From Vicugna vicugna (lineage: Eukaryota), in contig MU058844.1 in NCBI GenBank assembly GCA_013265495.1, positions 5,496,344 to 5,560,343 on the forward strand: a stretch of 64,000 nucleotides of DNA, given 5' to 3'. A model generated the notes under the pieces. It had not been told where the DNA came from, did not search any database, and saw nothing but the letters and a program-made list of their open reading frames with translations. The translations under genes and the position numbers were made by a program. This document shows, one piece after another, positions 60,268-64,000 of this stretch (the first letter of the stretch is position 1; each line of letters starts with the position of its first letter).

Positions 60268-61030
60268 TTTTTTTTTTTAAATTGAAGTATAGTTGACTTA
60301 CAAAATTATATTAGTTTCAGGTGTATAGCATAGTGGTTTGCTATTTTTATAGATTTTACTCTATATAAAGTTATTATAAAATATTGGCTATATTCCCTGT
60401 GCTGTGCATTACATCTTTGTAACTTATTTTATACCTAGTAGTTTGCACCTCATAATCCCCTTCACCTATCTTGCCCCTCTGCCCACCCCTCTCCCCTCTG
60501 GTAACCACTAGTTTGTTTTTTGTATCTGTGAGTCTGTTTTTGTTTTGTTACAGTTGTTCATCTGTTTTATTTTTTAGCTTCCACACATAAGTGAAAACAT
60601 ACAGTATTTGTCTTTCTCTGATTTATTTCATCAAGCATAATACCCTCTAGGTCCATCCATTTTGTTGCAAATGGCAACTTTTCATTCTTTTTTTGGCTGA
60701 GTAATATTCCATTGTGTATATATACCACATCTTTATCCATTCTTCTGTTTCTTAGATTCCTTCCATATCTTGGCTATTGTAAATGATGCTACTGTGAACA
60801 TTGGGGTACATACATCATTTTGAATAGTGTCACCTCACACCTGTCAGAATGACTATCATCAAAAAGACAAGAAATAAGTGTTGGCAGGGCTATGAAGAAA
60901 AGGGAACCCTAGTATACTGTTGGTAGGAATGTAAATTGGTACAGCCTCTATAGAGAATAGTATGAAGTTTCCTCAAAAAATTAAAAATAGAACTACCACA
61001 TGATCCAGCAGTTCCATTCCTAAGAGATTG
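60268..61030 (-). mobile_element. Cetartiodactyl L1 with 5' inversion (twin-priming structure)
   Basis: T tail + antisense 3' end to ~60830, then sense cacctcacacctgtcagaatg...gaactaccacatgatccagca; flanks aaattgtttttt / agactgtttttt. Confidence 0.9.
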
Positions 61031-61084
61031 AAAATTCAGACTGTTTTTTTCAATCTTGGAAATAGTGTTTTAGAAGAACTGGTT

Positions 61085-61260
61085 TAAGACGTAGTTGAAC
61101 AACATCAGAAGGTCCTACCACTAAGAATTTACTACAGTAATTTGTCAAATCTTTTCTCTTTTGTGAGCCTCAGTTTTCCCATGTGTAAAATGGAGAACAT
61201 TAATACCCTCTTCACTATTCTGATGAAAGAATTAAATAAGAATATGTTAGTGGAAAATTT
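61085..61260 (+). mobile_element. MIR SINE
   Basis: tgagcctcagttttcccatgtgtaaaatggagaacattaatacc. Confidence 0.8.
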
Positions 61261-62650
61261 TATTATGGCAAATGTTACATAATAAGGCAGATTTTAGTTC
61301 ACTGATAATCAGCCTTAGAAAAAAAAAGTATAAAGGGCATGTTTCTCCACACTCAAAGGTTATCCCTCTGTTTTTCTAGAGGAGCTGTATACGTTATCCC
61401 TCTGTAGTATTCTGAATTATAGTCAAAATCTTTAAATGGCACTGACATCTACAAATAAAAATAAGGAATTTTCAAGGCTTTAGGTTTTTAAAGATGTTAC
61501 TTTAAAAGGTTCAACAATACATAGAATTTTACACTTGTAGAATACCTAGATTTTTACTTGCTTCTGGAAGACACATCTTATAAATTGTCATAATCTGTCA
61601 TTTTTAGAGATTTATATAATCATAATTTGTATAATCACAAATTGCTTTGATATACTTGTTTAGCATGTATGATTAAAAAAAAGCTACCAGATATAAAAAT
61701 CAAAAAAAAAAAACCAACAAAAAAACCCCAAACACCCATAGCATTAATTTATATTTTTTAAATGGCAGCACTGCTGATAACTGTTAACCAGCCTTTATAC
61801 ACTTAGGAAGCAAGGCAAAGGTCACATACTCACGTAGTTGTCAGATCAATGTATTGCTCAGATTATTGTAAGAAATGATACAATTTGAGGCTGTGTTTTT
61901 CATTGAGGCTAATTTTTTAACCTAGTTCACTTTTTCTTGATAACAGGAACATTCCACTCATAGTTACAATCAGTTAATGCTCCCATAAAAACTAAATGTT
62001 TAAAAATAAGGAAAAAGTCCAGACTGTATAACTCCTTCATTACTCCCATAAGGATTAAAGGATGTGGTTGTATTTGGACCCCTTTGAAAGTTTGGGCAAA
62101 GTAACAGTGGAATATTTAAGCCATAGAAATGCAACATAGTTGGTCTCAGACTCTAGGGTATGTTGTAGGCATTATTGATGTGGCTCCCATGCAAAGTAGA
62201 GATATGGAATTGTCACTTTCATCAAATAATGAAAGTTACCTAACAATACTGATAACTCATTGTCCTATAAATAATGGATTGAATATTGTCAAACTTAAAA
62301 ATAAAGACATACAGATACAGACATATAGAGAAAAGTAAATTATTGGATGACATCATCTTGATTTAGACAGCGTTTTTTTTTTTTTTTAAGTCTTGAACCA
62401 CACTTTCCGAACCCAAAGGTACTGACATGGTAGTAGAACTCACAGTCACAAATTCAGGGTTTCTTTAAACATATTAATGTCAGCAATGGATAGAGAAAAC
62501 CAAACAGCAAGTGTTGAAAGTAGAAACGTAATTGGCCTGTTTGGAAAAAGTCTACTAGAGTAACAGTGACCAGATTCAACATGCAAGTGCCATCATGATG
62601 AATGTTTACAACACTTTTTTGAGAGCCAATTATACTGTTTTTTTGTGCAG

Positions 62651-62761
62651 GGACTGGAGATCAGCCAGATCAGTTGTATGCACAAAGCCGCTTTGGGTCT
62701 GTCTTTTCAAACAAGAGCTGCAGAAAACGTTATAGCAAGGTTGAAGCTTTATTCCACTTCG
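62651..62761 (+). other. Candidate internal exon (111 nt), gene unknown
   Basis: ctgtttttttgtgcag| ... TCG|gtaaga; open in two of three frames; no repeat similarity seen. Confidence 0.3.
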
Positions 62762-64000
62762 GTAAGAGAAGCTTTCTTTTTTCTTTGCTATGGTGAGAGT
62801 TTGATAAGAAATCCTTTTAAGCCATAATGTGGTTAGAGAGAAGTGAAGCTGTTCTATGTTACAAGTCATAAAATGTTTTCTTTTCTTTTGAACTGTTTTT
62901 TCATGATGCTTTTTGCCCGTACATTACAGTGAAATAAAACCGGAACCACTAAGTCATACTGCACATGTTAAATTTGTACTGGAGGTAGGGGAGTCTTAAA
63001 TTCCTCTTTTGCTGAGTGAAATGTCGTGCTATTGTATGTTTTTTACTGTAGATCTCCCAGTCAGGACAGAAGGGAAAAAGTCAGTATTCTGATACCGTGG
63101 CTGAGAGAGAATCCATGTGTTTAAGATTTCCCCTGACCAGGGATGTTATGAATGCTCAGCAGCTCACCACCATAAAGCTTCAAGAACCCAACCAAATTTG
63201 GCCTTTGGGTTTACTTGCAGGCATCTCTGATCACTGTAGCTTCCTTTCATTTTAAAAATTGGAAAAGCTGGAGATAGTAATTCTGGATGGGTTTGTCTGC
63301 TTATGGCTTTTGTCACTTTAGCTCTAAATAATATAATGGTACACATATATATAAAATACAAGATTTTGTTTTTCACATACATTTCTTTGACCTGTAATGT
63401 GCTTAAATATTACTGTATAAATGTCTACCTGTTAGAAACTCTACCTGAATTCATATCTGTCTAAAATAACAGGAAATGGTTGAGAATATAAATATATGTG
63501 TGTATGCACAATTAATTTTAGATAATGGCAGATTTCTACATTAGACTAATGTAATCCCTGCCAAAGCTTATCATTTTAAGTTTGCATTTATATAGTTTTT
63601 CATTTTCTTGGTAAGCGTTTGTTCAGAAAATGATGATGCAAAATCAAAAAGACTTAACAGCCAATCAGCTGCATTGAACTTGAACACTAAATCTATTTTT
63701 TAAAGTGAACTTGTCTGTAGTTTTCAGTAGCTCAATTACATATGGGATTTCATAGACAGATAGGTAGATCCATGAGAGATTTGAATATAAATCTTTTTAG
63801 GAATTTATCCTACAGTAGTATTCCCAGCTTCAAAGATATTAGCAGCTGGCAGTATTCAGTCTAAAAAAAATCACTAATAAATATTCATGTTTATTTGATC
63901 ATTTTAATAAGTATTTATTAACTATCTACCTTACTAAATATTTCAAGGAGAAGAAATTTGTAGCTTATAAAAGAAATATAATGTGTAATATCTCTTCATA

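Overview
Mammalian nuclear DNA, not prokaryotic. It is AT-rich, CpG-depleted and largely made of interspersed repeats: L1, L2, MIR, MaLR/ERVL solo LTRs, and hAT and Tigger DNA elements. Three tRNA-derived SINEs resembling camelid Vic-1, plus cetartiodactyl-type L1 3' ends and no Alu, Bov-tA or PRE1, point to a camelid genome. I recognise no protein-coding gene; the supplied ORFs are mostly chance or repeat-derived, so this is intergenic or long-intron DNA. The standout is a ~330-bp CpG-island-like block (~49411-49739) set inside an otherwise continuous MLT1E-like LTR. It carries MYB, ETS, AP-1, NRF1, CACGCG, bZIP/CRE and GC-box motifs and a perfect Kozak ATG, making it a candidate LTR-embedded germline promoter or de novo gene. 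Other notable items are an L1 insertion combining 5' inversion with a 3' transduction (7920-8214), an orphan polyadenylated retrocopy (54181-54354), recursive-splice-like AG|GTRAG motifs and several candidate exons. Repeat names come from recalled consensus sequences matched by eye; subfamily calls and most boundaries are approximate.
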